A stretch of DNA of 63,389 nucleotides, counting the filler, from Octopus bimaculoides (Eukaryota): assembly GCF_001194135.2 (NCBI RefSeq). It is 7 parts of 5 records of this genome, joined end to end, with 100 filler letters (N's around TTAATTAATTAA, not from the genome) between each part and the next. Parts side by side here need not be neighbours in the genome. Positions count along the whole stretch, not along the records: positions 20,034 to 28,872 come from NC_068996.1; positions 28,973 to 48,432 come from NC_068982.1; 5 more parts are not named here. The stretch is one strand, 5' to 3'. The notes under the pieces are model-generated. The model saw only the letters and a list, made by a program, of their open reading frames with translations. It was not told where the DNA came from and made no database searches. Position 1 is the stretch's first letter. Each line of letters starts with the position of its first letter. Below are positions 25,235 through 39,649 of the stretch, one piece after another. The position numbers and the translations under genes are program-made.

Positions 25235-26184
25235 GCATGTGTGTGTGTGCGTGCATGCGTGCTTGTGTGTGTATGCATCACGATATACAAAATAACGCAT
25301 TTATAAATATTAGTTGTTTACATGTCTTTCTATCTATCTATCCATCTACCTATATATATATATATACCATGCCAACATTGAAAGCGGATGTTAAATGATG
25401 ACGATATATACATATACATAAAGGTTCACACACAATCACATGCACATATATATACATATACACATACATACACACATACATATATACATGTGCACATAAA
25501 TACATATATGTATGAGTGTGTGAGTGAGTATGATGTGAGTATGATATATGTATGTGTGTGTGTTAGAGTACATATGTTAATGTGCTCATGCTTGTGTATG
25601 TATGTATGTATGTATGTATGTAAGTGTGTTTGTGTGTGAGTGCATGTGTGTATGTGTGTAAGTATGTGTGAACATTTGGGGAAATATATCTAAATACTTT
25701 CATAATAACATACAGCCACTCCCTGTCACTGAAAGAGCTAGCCACACCTCATTCCAGTGAACTCCAGCTGTTCAAGACAACAACACAGGCCTCTCTGTGG
25801 TCACTGAAGCTACTAGAAATAGCAGCCAAATCTCCCTTACATCCTAACAAACCTACCTGCTTGAAGCAGGAAACGACACATTAGATAATGCAACTTTAGA
25901 TAACCCCCTAAAGAGATGGGATAGGTAAAGCTGGTATGTTCTTTGATTATTGGCTTGCTTCATCAAAACTGAACCTGGGGCTAAACAACAAAGATGGTGA
26001 ATGACAACAACGACAACAACAACAACGAAAGGATTCAAAATTAAGCAAACAGACAGACAGATAGATATGTTTATGTACATATTTATATACACACACATAC
26101 ATACACACATATATATACACACACACACACAGATATATATATATGTACACACACACCCATATATACACAGATATATTTATATAT

Positions 26185-26234
<50 letters not shown>

Positions 26235-26287
26235 GTGTGTATATATGTGTGTGTATATAGATATATCTGTGTATATATGGGTGTGTG

Positions 26288-26335
<48 letters not shown>

Positions 26336-26644
26336 CACACACACACATATATATATATACACATATATACACAGATATATTTATATACACACACATATAT
26401 ATATACACACATATATATACACAGATATATTTATATACACACACATATACATATGCATACATATAAAGAGAGATAAATAGATAAAGAGGGAGAGAGAGGG
26501 GAAGAAAAATGAGAGAGAGAGGGGGAGAACCAGACACACATTTCTACATTTATATCTTCATTTACATACACACACAGACACAGACACACAGACACACATA
26601 CATACACACACACACACACACACATACACACACACAAGCAGAGG

Positions 26645-26905
26645 CATGGCTGTGTGACTAAGAAGTTCATTTTGACGGCATGTAGTTTCAGGTTCAATCT
26701 GATTCTGTACCATCTTGGGCATTTAGCTTCCTTCTATTATAGTTTTGGGCCAACCAAAAGTCTTCTGAGTAGATTCAGGAAAAGAAATAAGCACCAGGCT
26801 TAAAAATTAACAAATATCGTGATTGATTTGCTTAAATAAAAATTCTTCAATGTAGTGCCCCAGCATGGCCACAGTCGAATGACTGAAATAAGGATTAGAT
26901 AAAAT
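26645..26905 (+). mobile_element. SINE family A, diverged copy
   Basis: tRNA-like head, CATCTTGGGCA, and 3' CCAGCATGGCCACAGTCGAATGACTGAAA. Confidence 0.6.
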
Positions 26906-26930
26906 ATCAAAAATTACTCATACTCTGTCA

Positions 26931-26969
<39 letters not shown>

Positions 26970-26972
<3 letters not shown>

Positions 26973-27270
26973 TCATCATCATTTAAACATCCACCTACCT
27001 TCCATGTTGGCTGGTTTGACAGGAGCTGGTCAGGCTGGAGCCTGCACCAGACTTCTGAGTCTGTTTTGGCATGGTTTTACTACATCTGGATGCCCTTCCA
27101 AATACCAACCACCCAGCAGGGTGGACAGTGAGCTTTTTACGTGGCACCAGCACAGGTGAGGTCAGTTTTGGCATGGCCTTTACATTTGGATGCCCTTCCG
27201 AATGTCAACCACTTTACAGTGTGTACTGGATGCTTTTTGTGTGGAACCAGCACTGGAAGGGGTCACCAAG
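26970..27270 (-). mobile_element. RTE 3' UTR copy with (GAT)n tail
   Basis: Matches 7235-7640, including CTGGATGCCCTTCC and GTGGCACCAGCAC. Confidence 0.7.
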
Positions 27271-27411
27271 TAACTTTCAAGACAAGGAATCTTTGAGAGG
27301 AGAAGGGGGCACTGGAGAAGGTGATCTTGTGCGACGGAGGTTTGAGTGTGACGGAGAGACTGAGAGGCAGAAACAGGTGTCTTGCTGTAGAGGAGGTACA
27401 AGGTTACCTGG

Positions 27412-27506
<95 letters not shown>

Positions 27507-27576
27507 TCAAGAATGAGGACAGAAACAGGTGTGCTGCTGTAAAGGAGATGCATGGCTATCAAGCCCGAGAGAAGAG

Positions 27577-27654
<78 letters not shown>

Positions 27655-28031
27655 AGACAGCAAAAGTGCAAGAGAGAACAGGAGAGAGATGGTGGTGAAG
27701 TGATGAAGCATACTCACAAAGAAGGGGGGATCAGAATATAAATGGGATGGTAGGGTAAAGGAAGGGAGGGATTGGTAGTGGCAAGTGCCAGAGCATACCC
27801 CCAAGGTATGGAGGTCATAATATAAGGGGCAGGGTATTGCCAAAGAAGCATAAGGGCCAAGAGTAGTGCAGTAACTGATGAAAACCTGGGTGTATAGAAG
27901 GGGTGGGGGACTACAGGATAGCAATGATAGTGAGAGCAGGGCCATGAGTATAGGGTTGGGGAGTGAGAGATAAGAGATGAAGTTTGGTTTGTTGGGGTAG
28001 AGTTTGTGGAAAGTTTTATTGTAACATGTGG

Positions 28032-28075
<44 letters not shown>

Positions 28076-28106
28076 ATGCTTAAGCAGCATTTGTGTGTGT
28101 GTATAA

Positions 28107-28177
<71 letters not shown>

Positions 28178-28268
28178 CATACATATACATATACATATAC
28201 ATACATACACATACATACATACATACATATAGATAGATAGAGAGAGATAGGTAGATAGATAGATAGAT

Positions 28269-28321
<53 letters not shown>

Positions 28322-28343
28322 GAGAGAGAGAGAGAGATAGACA

Positions 28344-28833
28344 GAACCTCATATACTGCATATTTGCCTCATATAGTGCATTACCTGCCCCAACGGCAAA
28401 GAAAAAATTACATTGGTGAAACAAATAATTCCCTCTGCCAACATGCAAGAATACATAGGCAGCATATCTGGCAAGAGGAATTACGCAAGATTCTATTAAG
28501 CAAGCATCTGGAAAATTCAAAATCTTTCCCTTATACAAATGTTCATAGGAAGACATGGAAAGACCCACAATACCGAAAAGCGATAGAGTTACACTTCATC
28601 AAAAATTTCTCTACAAAATTGAATGTTTGAAAGAAAAATGGAGAATTTGCATTTTTTAATTCTAAATATAACTCTAATATTGGAAACACGATACTCATCT
28701 CTGTAAATATTCAGATATAGATATATATATATATTGTATTAGGGATATTCTAGCTTTAAGTATTTTCCTAACTTGTAAATATTGTTTGTTCATGCAAAAC
28801 CTGAAATTGGAAACACGATACTCATCTCTGTAA

Positions 28834-28840
<7 letters not shown>
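28344..28840 (+). mobile_element. PLE GIY-YIG endonuclease 3' fragment plus pseudo-LTR
   Basis: [42 protein letters not shown] 33-bp direct repeat (ATTGGAAACACGATACTCATCTCTGTAAATAT) precedes (TA)n. Confidence 0.8.
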
Positions 28841-28872
<32 letters not shown>

Positions 28873-28972
28873 NNNNNNNNNNNNNNNNNNNNNNNNNNNN
28901 NNNNNNNNNNNNNNNNTTAATTAATTAANNNNNNNNNNNNNNNNNNNNNNNNNNNNNNNNNNNNNNNNNNNN

Positions 28973-29019
<47 letters not shown>

Positions 29020-29299
29020 CACACGCACATGCAGCAGTATGTGGATAATATGCGGGGAAGGGTATGTGTGATTTAAATGACGTGTAATACAGACAAACTA
29101 ATAATTGTAGCAAAGAAACTGATGGTGGGAGAGAGCAAATGGATGGGTGTATGGTATGTGAGTGTGAGGTAGGAGAAAGAGGAGAAGAGGGAGGGAGAAC
29201 GCGAGCATGGTAATAAACCATACATAGTATATATATGGACAGGATATGGCTTGTGCTGGTATAGAATTTATATTTTAGCACACTAACGCATCATATACA

Positions 29300-30185
29300 T
29301 CCATAGATAATACAATCATACATTTCAGTGTATAACAGCAGAAAACCATGCATGGATATGTTAGAAAACTACCGGTTGACAGTAACATTGATCATCAAAG
29401 CAGTCTATCGTGTACCAACAACCGGGATTACTAATTCTCAGTTTGAAGTTATGGAAATGGCAACCAAATGCATGTTTTACAAAAGGGACAGAGACGCAAG
29501 AAAAAAACACCAAAATTTGACAACCGATGCAGACTTTGTGGAGTTAACACCGAAAATATCACCCACATCATAAGCAGTTATCCAAAAATATTTTCGTGTT
29601 ATTATTTACCGATGTAGCCAATACACTGTACAGAAAGATAATCCTGAGGCCAAAGAGATAAGAATCCTTAATGTGGTAGAGGCCATCGCCACTCATAATA
29701 TGAAAGAGTACTGATGGAATGTCCCAGTGAAAACCTCAATAAAATATAAGCATAATGGACCTGACATAGTGATTTAGGATGGAGCAGAGAAACAGTAGTG
29801 GAAATCAGTTACCCAACACATGTCAACAAAAAGCTTAAGATCAGCGAAAAAGAAAAAGACACCTATACTGTACACTACAGATCCAACCCATCACTGGAAC
29901 TGTAAAATCTGTAAAATGTTCCAGAAGTTTATCATTTAATTATATATACGCAACTCTAGACATGCAATTATATGCATGAGCATACATACATAAAACAAAA
30001 CATACAAATCTGCAGATGCACTAACTCAAAATACAATACATATACACACAATACATGTAAAAAAAAAACCTGTTGGTGTTGAAACTCCAATGAAGGAACC
30101 AAGGATCTTGGTGAGAAACCGGCTCTTTCTCTATTCGCAAGATATTTTAAAAATAAAACTAAATAATAAAAAATATAAAAATACA
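29300..30185 (+). mobile_element. R4-clade-like non-LTR retrotransposon C-terminal fragment (copy 1)
   Basis: EMATKCMFYKRDRD, KFDNRCRLCGVNTENITHIISSYPK (CCHC knuckle), and KHNGPDIVI (restriction-like endonuclease), followed by a 3' UTR. Confidence 0.75.
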
Positions 30186-30249
30186 GCCTTTACTCAACTT
30201 AAAACTACCTGACTCTCTGAGGAAATCCAAAAGAATCCTGGACGGAATA

Positions 30250-31400
30250 AGAATATCATCTATGGTGGGTCCATCAATAAGGAGAGGACAAGAAATGAAT
30301 GCCTCAAGAGAGTAAAAAAAAAACATGGACAACTGAACTCTCAGTTTACCACAACCAAATCACCCACCTTTGAGTGCCTATCATAACTAGTAAAGAGCAT
30401 TTGCCCTTCGTAACTAATCACTACAAGACCACAACGTGACTGATGTACGAATTCGTTAGCTACTCATTGTTGCTGGAAACTTCAATATCAGTGGAGATAC
30501 TGATAGATTAAATTTCCCACGCAAGAATGGTGGCCATGGTTTTAGATCTGTATTGATATCATGTGAAGCTCGTATTGTGACACTGAAGTCATATCTACAG
30601 CACTGGAAAGATGCCAGTTACTATCCTAGCCAAGTTTGCAAGCACTGAGATGACAGTGCATGGGTACTTGGTACGAAAGACACGAACCACAGAAGGAATT
30701 GATCATACCAAAAATTTGGCGTAGAGTACCGACAAGTTTATGACATCCCACTTTAAAGGCTATCTCCATGAAATTCAAGAACAGGAGATCCTCACCAAGT
30801 ACCTGCAACATAAGAGGCAGAAAACATTAACAGAAGAAAAATGTAGGCCACGAAAATTAAGGCTGAAGACATCAACCACATTATTGCCAACTGCGAGAGA
30901 ATGTCTTCTAGATATTATCTTCCCATGAGGCATGATGCGGTAGCCAAAACAGCCTGGAAGAGAGTAAGAAAAAGAAATTAGTAACAAAGTTGACTATACT
31001 GAGACAGATGGGTAAAAAAATATTGATGGTACTTAAATATCATAACAGCTACCAAGTTAACGCACAATTTGTTAGACATAGTTGTATGGGACCATAAGGA
31101 AACGATATGAGCTGTTGGGGAAATCAGCTGCCCTTTGGAAACTAATCTGGTCAGAAACAGGAGAAGGAGGATATCTATAAACGTCTGATAAGGAGTTGGC
31201 AAATCTAGTCCTCAAAATACACCTTCAGCTTCTTCCTATTATTATTATTAGAGCAACAGGATATGCACCAACTCGTTTGAGCAAAGTATGGCTGAACTTG
31301 AGTTGTTGGGGAGACAACGCAATCCATTGATCCCTACACTATAAATGATCACTATATCCAGCGACAATTAAAATCTGCAAGACCTTCTTAAGTTTAAACG
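30250..31400 (+). mobile_element. R4-clade-like non-LTR retrotransposon fragment (copy 2)
   Basis: DTDRLNFPRKNGGHG (thumb region), HEIQEQEILTKYL, IEDINHIIANCERMSSRYYLPMRHDAVAK and DIVVWD..EISCP. Confidence 0.78.
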
Positions 31401-32270
31401 TTGATGAACAAAACAAGATACTTTCTTTCACAAACTTGCTACCAAGCAGGCGCCCAATCAAATAGTTAACCAACTGATCAGTAAATGTTAAAGAAGAAAG
31501 ATAGAACTAGTGCGTGTGTTTATTATTGTCATAATGATCTTACCGAGATACAATAAAATTATATATTTATAATTTCCATTTTATACCGTTACGTAATAGA
31601 TTGGTGGAGGTGGTGGTAGTAGTATTAGTAGTAGCAGCAGCAGCAGCAGCAGCACTGATTGTTGATGATGATGATGTTGCTATAGCGGTGGTGGTGGTGG
31701 TGATAAAGGAACAGAGCCGCCGGTTTTAATAAGTTCTGTTTCACCGGTGACAAGTCTCTACTGTCAGCAACGAAATTAGACCCCAGGTTTCGATCTGTAA
31801 ACTAGATTCGTCACTCATTGACGTAGGATGACAACACGAGACAGGTGAGTCAAATACGAGCACAGCGTCCCACACACTCACACACGCGCGCGCAAACTCA
31901 TATTTGTGTGCGTGTGTGTGTTTATGCAGGTTTATGTACAACTACACACACACACACACACACACACACATATGTATAATGCATAGTATATACATGAGTG
32001 TGTGTATGCGTGTATGTGATTTGGTGATGTTGATGTTCCTGTTGTTATTATTTGTAATTTTGTTGTTTTTGTAGTGTTTTTTATATTTTTATTGTCGTTT
32101 GTGTTTTGTAATCGTGCGGCGCCATATTGTCTAAAATGAAATCTATCGATTTATTTTTGGGGTGGGGGATATCGGGAAATATAACTGTCTTTTTTTTTTT
32201 TTTGGTAGAAATGGTGTTGTTGTTGATAGTGGTGCCGTAAATGGTACGGTAACGGCTGTGGCGGTGGTGG

Positions 32271-32301
<31 letters not shown>

Positions 32302-32366
32302 AGTGGTGGTGGTAGTTTCAGTAGTGGTAATGGCAGCGATACAATGTTCGCAGTATTAATAATAAT

Positions 32367-33122
32367 GGTGGCGAGCGGTGAGCAGACAGAAACGTTAGCA
32401 CGCCGGGTGAAATGCTTAGCGGAATTTCGTCTGTCTTTATGTTCTGAGTTCAAATTCTACCGAGGTCAACTTTGACTTTCATCCTTTCGGGGTCGATAAA
32501 TTAAGTACCAGTTGCATACTGGGGTCGATCTAATCGACTGGCCCCCTCCCCCAAAATTTCGGGAATTGTGCCTTGAGTAGAAAAGAATCGTTAGCACGCC
32601 GGGCTAAAAGCTTAGCGGCATTTCATTCCTCTTTTCGTTCTGCGTTCAAATGCCGCCGAGGTCGAGTTTGCCTGTCACCCTTTCGGGATCGATAAATCAA
32701 GTATCAGTTGAACACTGGAGTCGATGTAATCGATTTACCCCCAACCCCCATATTGATGGCCCTGTACCAAAATTTGAAATTGATGATACTGATGGCTGCG
32801 TTATCGTTGTTGTTGCTGTTGTTGCTTAGTTTTCTGATGGCGCAGATCTCCGACCAAAAATGTTCCAAACGTAATTGTAATTTTTCTCTTTTCCCTGCTT
32901 TTTCCCCATCTTAGCTGGATAAATATTGATTTCAAATTTTCGCACAAGGGCAGCGATTTTAGGGGATGGGTAAGTCGATTGCATTGACCCCAGTGTTCAA
33001 ATGGAACTTATTTTACCAACCCCAAAGAGATGAAAGGCAAAGTCGACCTCAGAACGTAAAGACGGACAAAATGTCGAAAAAATTTTGCCCAGCATGCTAA
33101 CGATTCTGCCAGCTCACCGCCT
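32367..33122. mobile_element. Cluster of three family B SINEs (+, +, -)
   Basis: Copies at about 32367-32580 (+), 32588-32775 (+) and 32925-33122 (-). The head has the B box GAGTTCAAATTC and the body has CCTTTCATCCTTTCGGGGTCGATAAATTAAGTACCAG. Confidence 0.85.
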
Positions 33123-33948
33123 TGGGCAAGATGACTATTAAGAAGTTATCTTCTCATTCTCAGTATCCCGCGTTCGATCCCAGAGAGTGGGATATTGGAA
33201 GCAAGTGCTTTTTACCACAGTAAAAGTTGGGAAATGGAAACTGCATGGAAGCTCCTTGGATGGAATATGTCTTATAAGTTAAAGATCCCGCCTGCTCTCG
33301 TGACATGCTGATTGTCCCCGATGATTATGTCAACGAGTACACATATCAGTGGAATATTCAACGACATAGACTCTTATTCGCAGAGCAGGAAATTCAAATG
33401 ATCATACTACTGAATACTCATCGTCAAAACTGGCGGAGATCCATTTTTGATAAGTCAGATATTATCAAATATGTCTTTCCTTTTCTAAGACAATACAGTG
33501 TGATATGAGGCAGGTTTAGTTGCTATTTCTTGTAGCACTCAGCACCACAGATTACCTCTCTACATTGGTTTAATGATAAAAGCGTTCCTGTTGTTTTTTA
33601 TATTTATTTATCTATTCCTTGTAGTCGGAACCCGTTGCTGTTGAAGATGCCGCCGCCGCTACTGCTGCTGCTGAATTAGTTACATTTCTCAAATTTCGCA
33701 ATACCATTGGAATTTCCATCTGAACAGGAAAATCTGCTTTTTCTGATGTCTGACTGGTGATGACATCAGCATCATCCTCCACGCCTACTCATTGTCTCCC
33801 TCAAGAGCACCTCTTCCATCATCATTATGGTCGTCATCACTATGAAGTTGCCGCCTCCACCAGAGCCGCTGCCACTACCAACACAAACGCTGCCGCCACC
33901 ATCACCACCACAAACACCGCCGTCGTCGTCACCACCACCACCACCACC

Positions 33949-33980
<32 letters not shown>

Positions 33981-35010
33981 CAACAACAACATCATCATAA
34001 TCGCCGCCGTTATAGTTTTTATCAAATAGTTATTAATATCATCAGAAACTGNNNNNNNNNNNNNNNNNNNNNNNNNNNNNNNNNNNNNNNNNNNNNNNNN
34101 NNNNNNNNNNNNNNNNNNNNNNNNNNNNNNNNNNNNNNNNNNNNNNNNNNNNNNNNNNNNNNNNNNNNNNNNNNNNNNNNNNNNNNNNNNNNNNNNNNNN
34201 NNNNNNNNNNNNNNNNNNNNNNNNNNNNNNNNNNNNNNNNNNNNNNNNNNNNNNNNNNNNNNNNNNNNNNNNNNNNNNNNNNNNNNNNNNNNNNNNNNNN
34301 NNNNNNNNNNNNNNNNNNNNNNNNNNNNNNNNNNNNNNNNNNNNNNNNNNNNNNNNNNNNNNNNNNNNNNNNNNNNNNNNNNNNNNNNNNNNNNNNNNNN
34401 NNNNNNNNNNNNNNNNNNNNNNNNNNNNNNNNNNNNNNNNNNNNNNNNNNNNNNNNNNNNNNNNNNNNNNNNNNNNNNNNNNNNNNNNNNNNNNNNNNNN
34501 NNNNNNNNNNNNNNNNNNNNNNNNNNNNNNNNNNNNNNNNNNNNNNNNNNNNNNNNNNNNNNNNNNNNNNNNNNNNNNNNNNNNNNNNNNNNNNNNNNNN
34601 NNNNNNNNNNNNNNNNNNNNNNNNNNNNNNNNNNNNNNNNNNNNNNNNNNNNNNNNNNNNNNNNNNNNNNNNNNNNNNNNNNNNNNNNNNNNNNNNNNNN
34701 NNNNNNNNNNNNNNNNNNNNNNNNNNNNNNNNNNNNNNNNNNNNNNNNNNNNNNNNNNNNNNNNNNNNNNNNNNNNNNNNNNNNNNNAGAGTATTTCAGC
34801 GACAATATGGCCAAATAATCCATACGATTTGTTGGCGTCTGAGTATGATGTATAAGTAACAACTCTATGTGACTTTATATAAAGAGTCTCTCAAATTGTC
34901 GGCCGACAGAATACTTCCGTCGACATGTCATTGTTAAAGGCATTCCTAACACAGGGAAAGAAGAAAAGAAAAAGGAGATAACGAAACAAAAGGAGAGAGA
35001 AAGAGAGAGA

Positions 35011-35056
<46 letters not shown>

Positions 35057-37239
35057 GTGGGGGAAGAGATGACCCTCAATTGTTAATGAGATGAAAAGCG
35101 TTGGAATGAATTGAAGCACGAAGTTTACAAACTTTAAAAATGGTTGTTGCATCAATGACCTTTTAAGGTGAAAAGGAAAAAAATGTCTTTAGAAAGCGAT
35201 AGCAGCGTAGAAGACATAAGCTAGCCATTCGGAAACACAGAAAGACCGCCAATTTCACTTAAACATTTGTCTGTTAATATGGGGTCAAAATCTTCGACGT
35301 TCGAAACTGCGACCGGTTCACTGAGAATGTATTCCTGCTGATAGTTGTTTAGCTCTTCAGCATTTAAACCAGCCATATCTGGCCAAAATATTCTGTCCAA
35401 ACTGGTCGCATCTAGCCTCTCATACCTACCCTACAATGTTAGTCTAAAAATAAACAATCTCATAAACGAAATTCCAAAACTACAAGATAATGCAGGCTGA
35501 GTTTAAAACAATCTGAATAAATAAGCATTAGATTTGACAGAATATTCTGTGTCTATTTTATGTGTCTTCTTCCGTCTTCGATTGAAAAATTCAATCTGCT
35601 AATCCAAGATTTGGCAAGAAGTGGTTCTAATAACTGGTCACCAGGGCACACTACGCGTTATATAAAATGAATGAGAGAAGAGGTTTCTGGTATTGCGTTG
35701 TTTAGCCCTAGGTTAATTCTGATCCAGCAGTCAGGTGCGGCCCATAAATTCATCATATCAGTTTCGCTATTATTCTGTACTCATACACCGTACACAGTGA
35801 CGGGTCATCGTGAGGCAGCATGGCAGCATGGCAATATATGAACCTTGACCCTCAATCACCACCGTCTACTAAATTTTGATTCCGGTGCTGGAGGCGGGCG
35901 AAGTGAACTTTGTCTGAGTCACAGATACTCTGCGCGCGTGCGTGTGTGTTTTGTTGTTGTTGTTTAACGTCACTCCCGGTGAATACTGATTGAGCAGAAA
36001 GGATTAATAATTAAAGACATTCCATCCGTGACCATATCTATTTCTTTGCTTCATACGATCGATGTGGGGAATAATTTGAAGGAGATCATGCTGCTATTTC
36101 TAGTATATCAAGTTATTATGTAGAGTCAGAGAAGGATACATGTCGCTAATCATATATAGTGTAGATATAAATGTATAGCGGTCATTCTATCTGCTAGAAA
36201 TAACAGGTAAATCTTACCCAAGTCACAGTTTACAACTTTAAAAAGGGAAGGATGCATATTTGTCTAAGATAACAGCCATTCAGGAATGACCAAGGGTTAA
36301 AAAACAACAATAACATCACCACAACCACCACCATCACCATCAACAACATAACAAAGTATAATCAAATGAACGCTCTGAAAGAAGGGATTTTGAGTCATTC
36401 CATTACGGTAACGATGTAAGCGATGATGTTCTCCATTAAGTAACAGACCTTATATGATAACAAAAATGTTTATATCTTTGTTGTTTGTTTTTCTTTTATT
36501 ACTATTTCGTACCAAATCGGCCCTGAGCAAACAACTCTGTGATCAAAGACATTCCAATCATGACCAGCCTTGTTTATTTTCAAATGTAGTCTATATATGA
36601 TCACATTATCCTATGTATTCCCCAAGGTGTTTTTATTATTATTATTTTGTTTTCCTGGTGGGAAGGTATAATTTGAAATAAATTTGGCTGTTATTTCTTG
36701 TAGACCCAATGACGACGTACAGTTAATTTCCTTCGTTGGTTCGATGTAAGAATAACATTGGTTTCAAAGTTTGGCACAAAGCCAGCAATTTAGGGGAAGA
36801 GGGTTAGTCGATTACATCTACCCTTGTGTTCAACTGGTGCTTATTTTATAGATCCTGAAAGGATGAAAGGCGAAGTCGGTCTTGGGAAATTTGAACTCAG
36901 GACATAAAGACGGACGTAAAGAAAGAAAGAAAAAAATTCTGCGTGAAACGGAAATTGTGCCACAATTAACCAATAAGAGACTGCTTGAGATTCTCAGAAG
37001 GCAACTCTTCAACCGACAATGGTTTACCACCGGTGTTTTATACGGCACATTGTCTTCGAAAAAACCTATTGTGTGTTCACATCTCTCTGAAATGTAGTGA
37101 ACGCCATTGGAGAACAACTCCTTTTTACGACGACTGTGTGTTCATACGTATAATCATGGCGGGAACGAAACGAATAAAAGAATAAAAGAACACACACACA
37201 CACGCACGCACACACACNNNNNNNNNNNNNNNNNNNNNG

Positions 37240-37580
37240 GGCAAGAAGCTTGTTTCCCAACACCATGGTTCCGGGTTCAATCCAACTGCGTAGCAAGTGT
37301 CTTCTACTCTAGCCTCGGGCCGACCAAAGCCTGATGAGTGGATTTGGTAGATGGAAACTAAAAGAAGCCCGTTGTATATAAATAAATAAATATGTGTGTG
37401 TGTGTGTGTCCCACCACTTGACAACTGGTGTTGGTGTGTATACATGCTCGTCACTTAGCGGTTCGGCACAGACAGAATCGATAGAATAACAGGCTTTACG
37501 GAAAAAAGTCCTGAGGTTGATTCATTCGACGAAAGATTCTTCAAGGCGGTGCCCCGGCATGGCCGCAGATTAAAACAAGT
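37240..37580 (+). mobile_element. SINE family A
   Basis: Head AAGAAGCTTGTTTCCCAACACCATGGTTCCGGGTTCAATCC followed by the family A body. Confidence 0.85.
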
Positions 37581-38104
37581 GAAAAAAAATAATCGTGCGT
37601 ATGATTCTATGGCGAGTGTTTTGGTTTCAACCTTTTAATAATTTGCCCACGTGGGCTGGAACCGGACAATCGCGATTACTAGCTTCCATACATTTCTGTA
37701 AAGGTCCCGTGTTCTCTGAATTGCTAGCTTTATAAAATTCTGCTTCCGGCTCGGTTGTGAAAACGAACAAAAACAAAAAAACAGGTTTGCGGAGACATTG
37801 TTGGGTTGGGAGGAGGTATACAACTAACTCACTAAGTTATTGTTTATAGTGACGGGCGGAATAACTACGTCACCATTCAGATATCCCGACTTTGCCTCCT
37901 ACATTTTGTGGGAGCGGTGGTGGGGCAGTCAACGATCACCCGAGGGAGATTAGATAGAAACGAATAGACGAAGCACGTGTGTGCGATGCCGTAGAAAATG
38001 CGGTGAATTGAGACACATGGAGACATGAATGGTGACAATTTTTGTTTCTGTCGAAGCTCTAACCCTATAATGTCTCTGTTTTAAAAAGGCTTTTCTTGTA
38101 CTTC

Positions 38105-38302
38105 TTTGTTTCATATTTCAGACTTGTTTCAATCATTAGACTACGGCCATGCTGGAGCGCCGCCTTGAAGGATTTTTGTCAAATTAATCGACTCCAGTAC
38201 CTTTTATTTTAAGCCTGGTACTTATTCTATCGGTCTCTTTTGCCGAAACTCTAAGTTACGAGAACATAAATACACCAACACCGGTTGTCAAGTGGTAGTA
38301 GG

Positions 38303-38343
<41 letters not shown>

Positions 38344-38790
38344 CACGCCTGTGTCTACTTGCTATTTGTATTTCCATAAACGCTGCAAAGTTTATCGTTG
38401 ACTGCTGTAATTCAGCCGAATACTTTTGCTTATGAACTCTACATACATTCCAAATTAAATCCACACCAAATTCTTAGTGTATTTCTAAGATGTAAGAAAA
38501 ACACGTGTGGTAAGAAGCTTGCTTCCCTACCACATAGTTCCGGTTTCAGACCTACTGCGTGACACCTTGGTCAGCTGTCTTCTACAATAGCCTCGGGCCG
38601 ACTAAGGCATTGTGAGTGGATTTGGTAGACGGAAACTAAAAGAAGCTCGTCGCATATATAGATATGTGTGTGTGTGTGTGTGTGTGTCTTTTTGTCTGTT
38701 TGTCCCCCATTACCGCTTGACAAGCGGTGTTAGTGTGTTTATGTCTCCGTAACTTAGCGGTTCAACAAAACAGACAGATAGAATAAGTAC
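38105..38790. mobile_element. Two family A SINEs (- at 38105-38320, + at 38505-38790)
   Basis: Both carry family A consensus blocks, in opposite orientations. Confidence 0.8.
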
Positions 38791-39649
38791 CATGCTTTAA
38801 AAAATAAGGAGGAGGAGGAAGAGATGGGTAGATTCTAATATTGTTTAATTTAAGATTAGCATTAAAAATGAAAGTTATAGAAGAAATTAGAGAAATAATT
38901 ATCTCGCAAAAATAATGGAAATATTTTCCTCAAAAAGGCGTTTAACAAAGGTCTCAATAAAATGAATATAATTACGTATTGTACGATAATAAAATATGTA
39001 AGTCTAACGAATACACGCTGAAACAGAAATAAAAGTTACGTGCAGTTCCTTAAGTTAGTTACTATAGCAACTCATCCAAGAAGATCTTAAATTCTAATTT
39101 TAATCTTATTTTCGGAGATTTGAAATCCTTCTTTTGCTGTTACTCGGAGTTACCGCATCGGAAAGCTTTTTCAGGCAAATAAAGCTAATGTTTATACTTT
39201 ATAACACGTATTGAGTACTATGTCGCTCTTTCTTTATACGAAACGTATGTATGCATGTGAATGTGTGTGTGTACCAATTTCTGTGCTTGTGTTGTCTTAG
39301 TGATTGTGTGTATGTGTGTATGTATTTGTGTATAAGTGTGTGTGTTCGTATCATTGTGCTGCACGTGTGTGTGTGTGTGTAGTAAGAGATGCGTGTATGT
39401 GCGTGTGCGTTTGTGAGTTACGTGTGTATGTGTACCTGTTTCTGTGAGTGCATTGTCTAGGTGTGTATCTGTGTGCATATATCTGTGTACAAGCGTGTGT
39501 GTTTGTATGATCGTGCGTGTGTGTGTGTGTGTGTGTGTGTGGTAACAGATGCATGCTCATCTAATAAGAGGAATCTACACGCTGCATGCCACACCTTGTT
39601 TCACCAAACCCAAGCTCCTCACCCACACCCATGCACCTTCCCCACACTG

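Noticed and set aside
11802-28240. Many ORFs rich in YI, CV, HT, ER or LS
   Set aside because: These are translations of (TA)n, (TG)n and (GA)n microsatellites or read-through of N gaps.
30080-30130. CCAATGA..GAAACCGGCT in the R4-like 3' UTR
   Set aside because: The essential G5 is missing and stems I and II do not register with the core.
37332-37360. CTGATGAG..GGAAAC inside SINE family A
   Set aside because: A chance variant of the SINE consensus CCTTGTGAGTGG, with no stem II.
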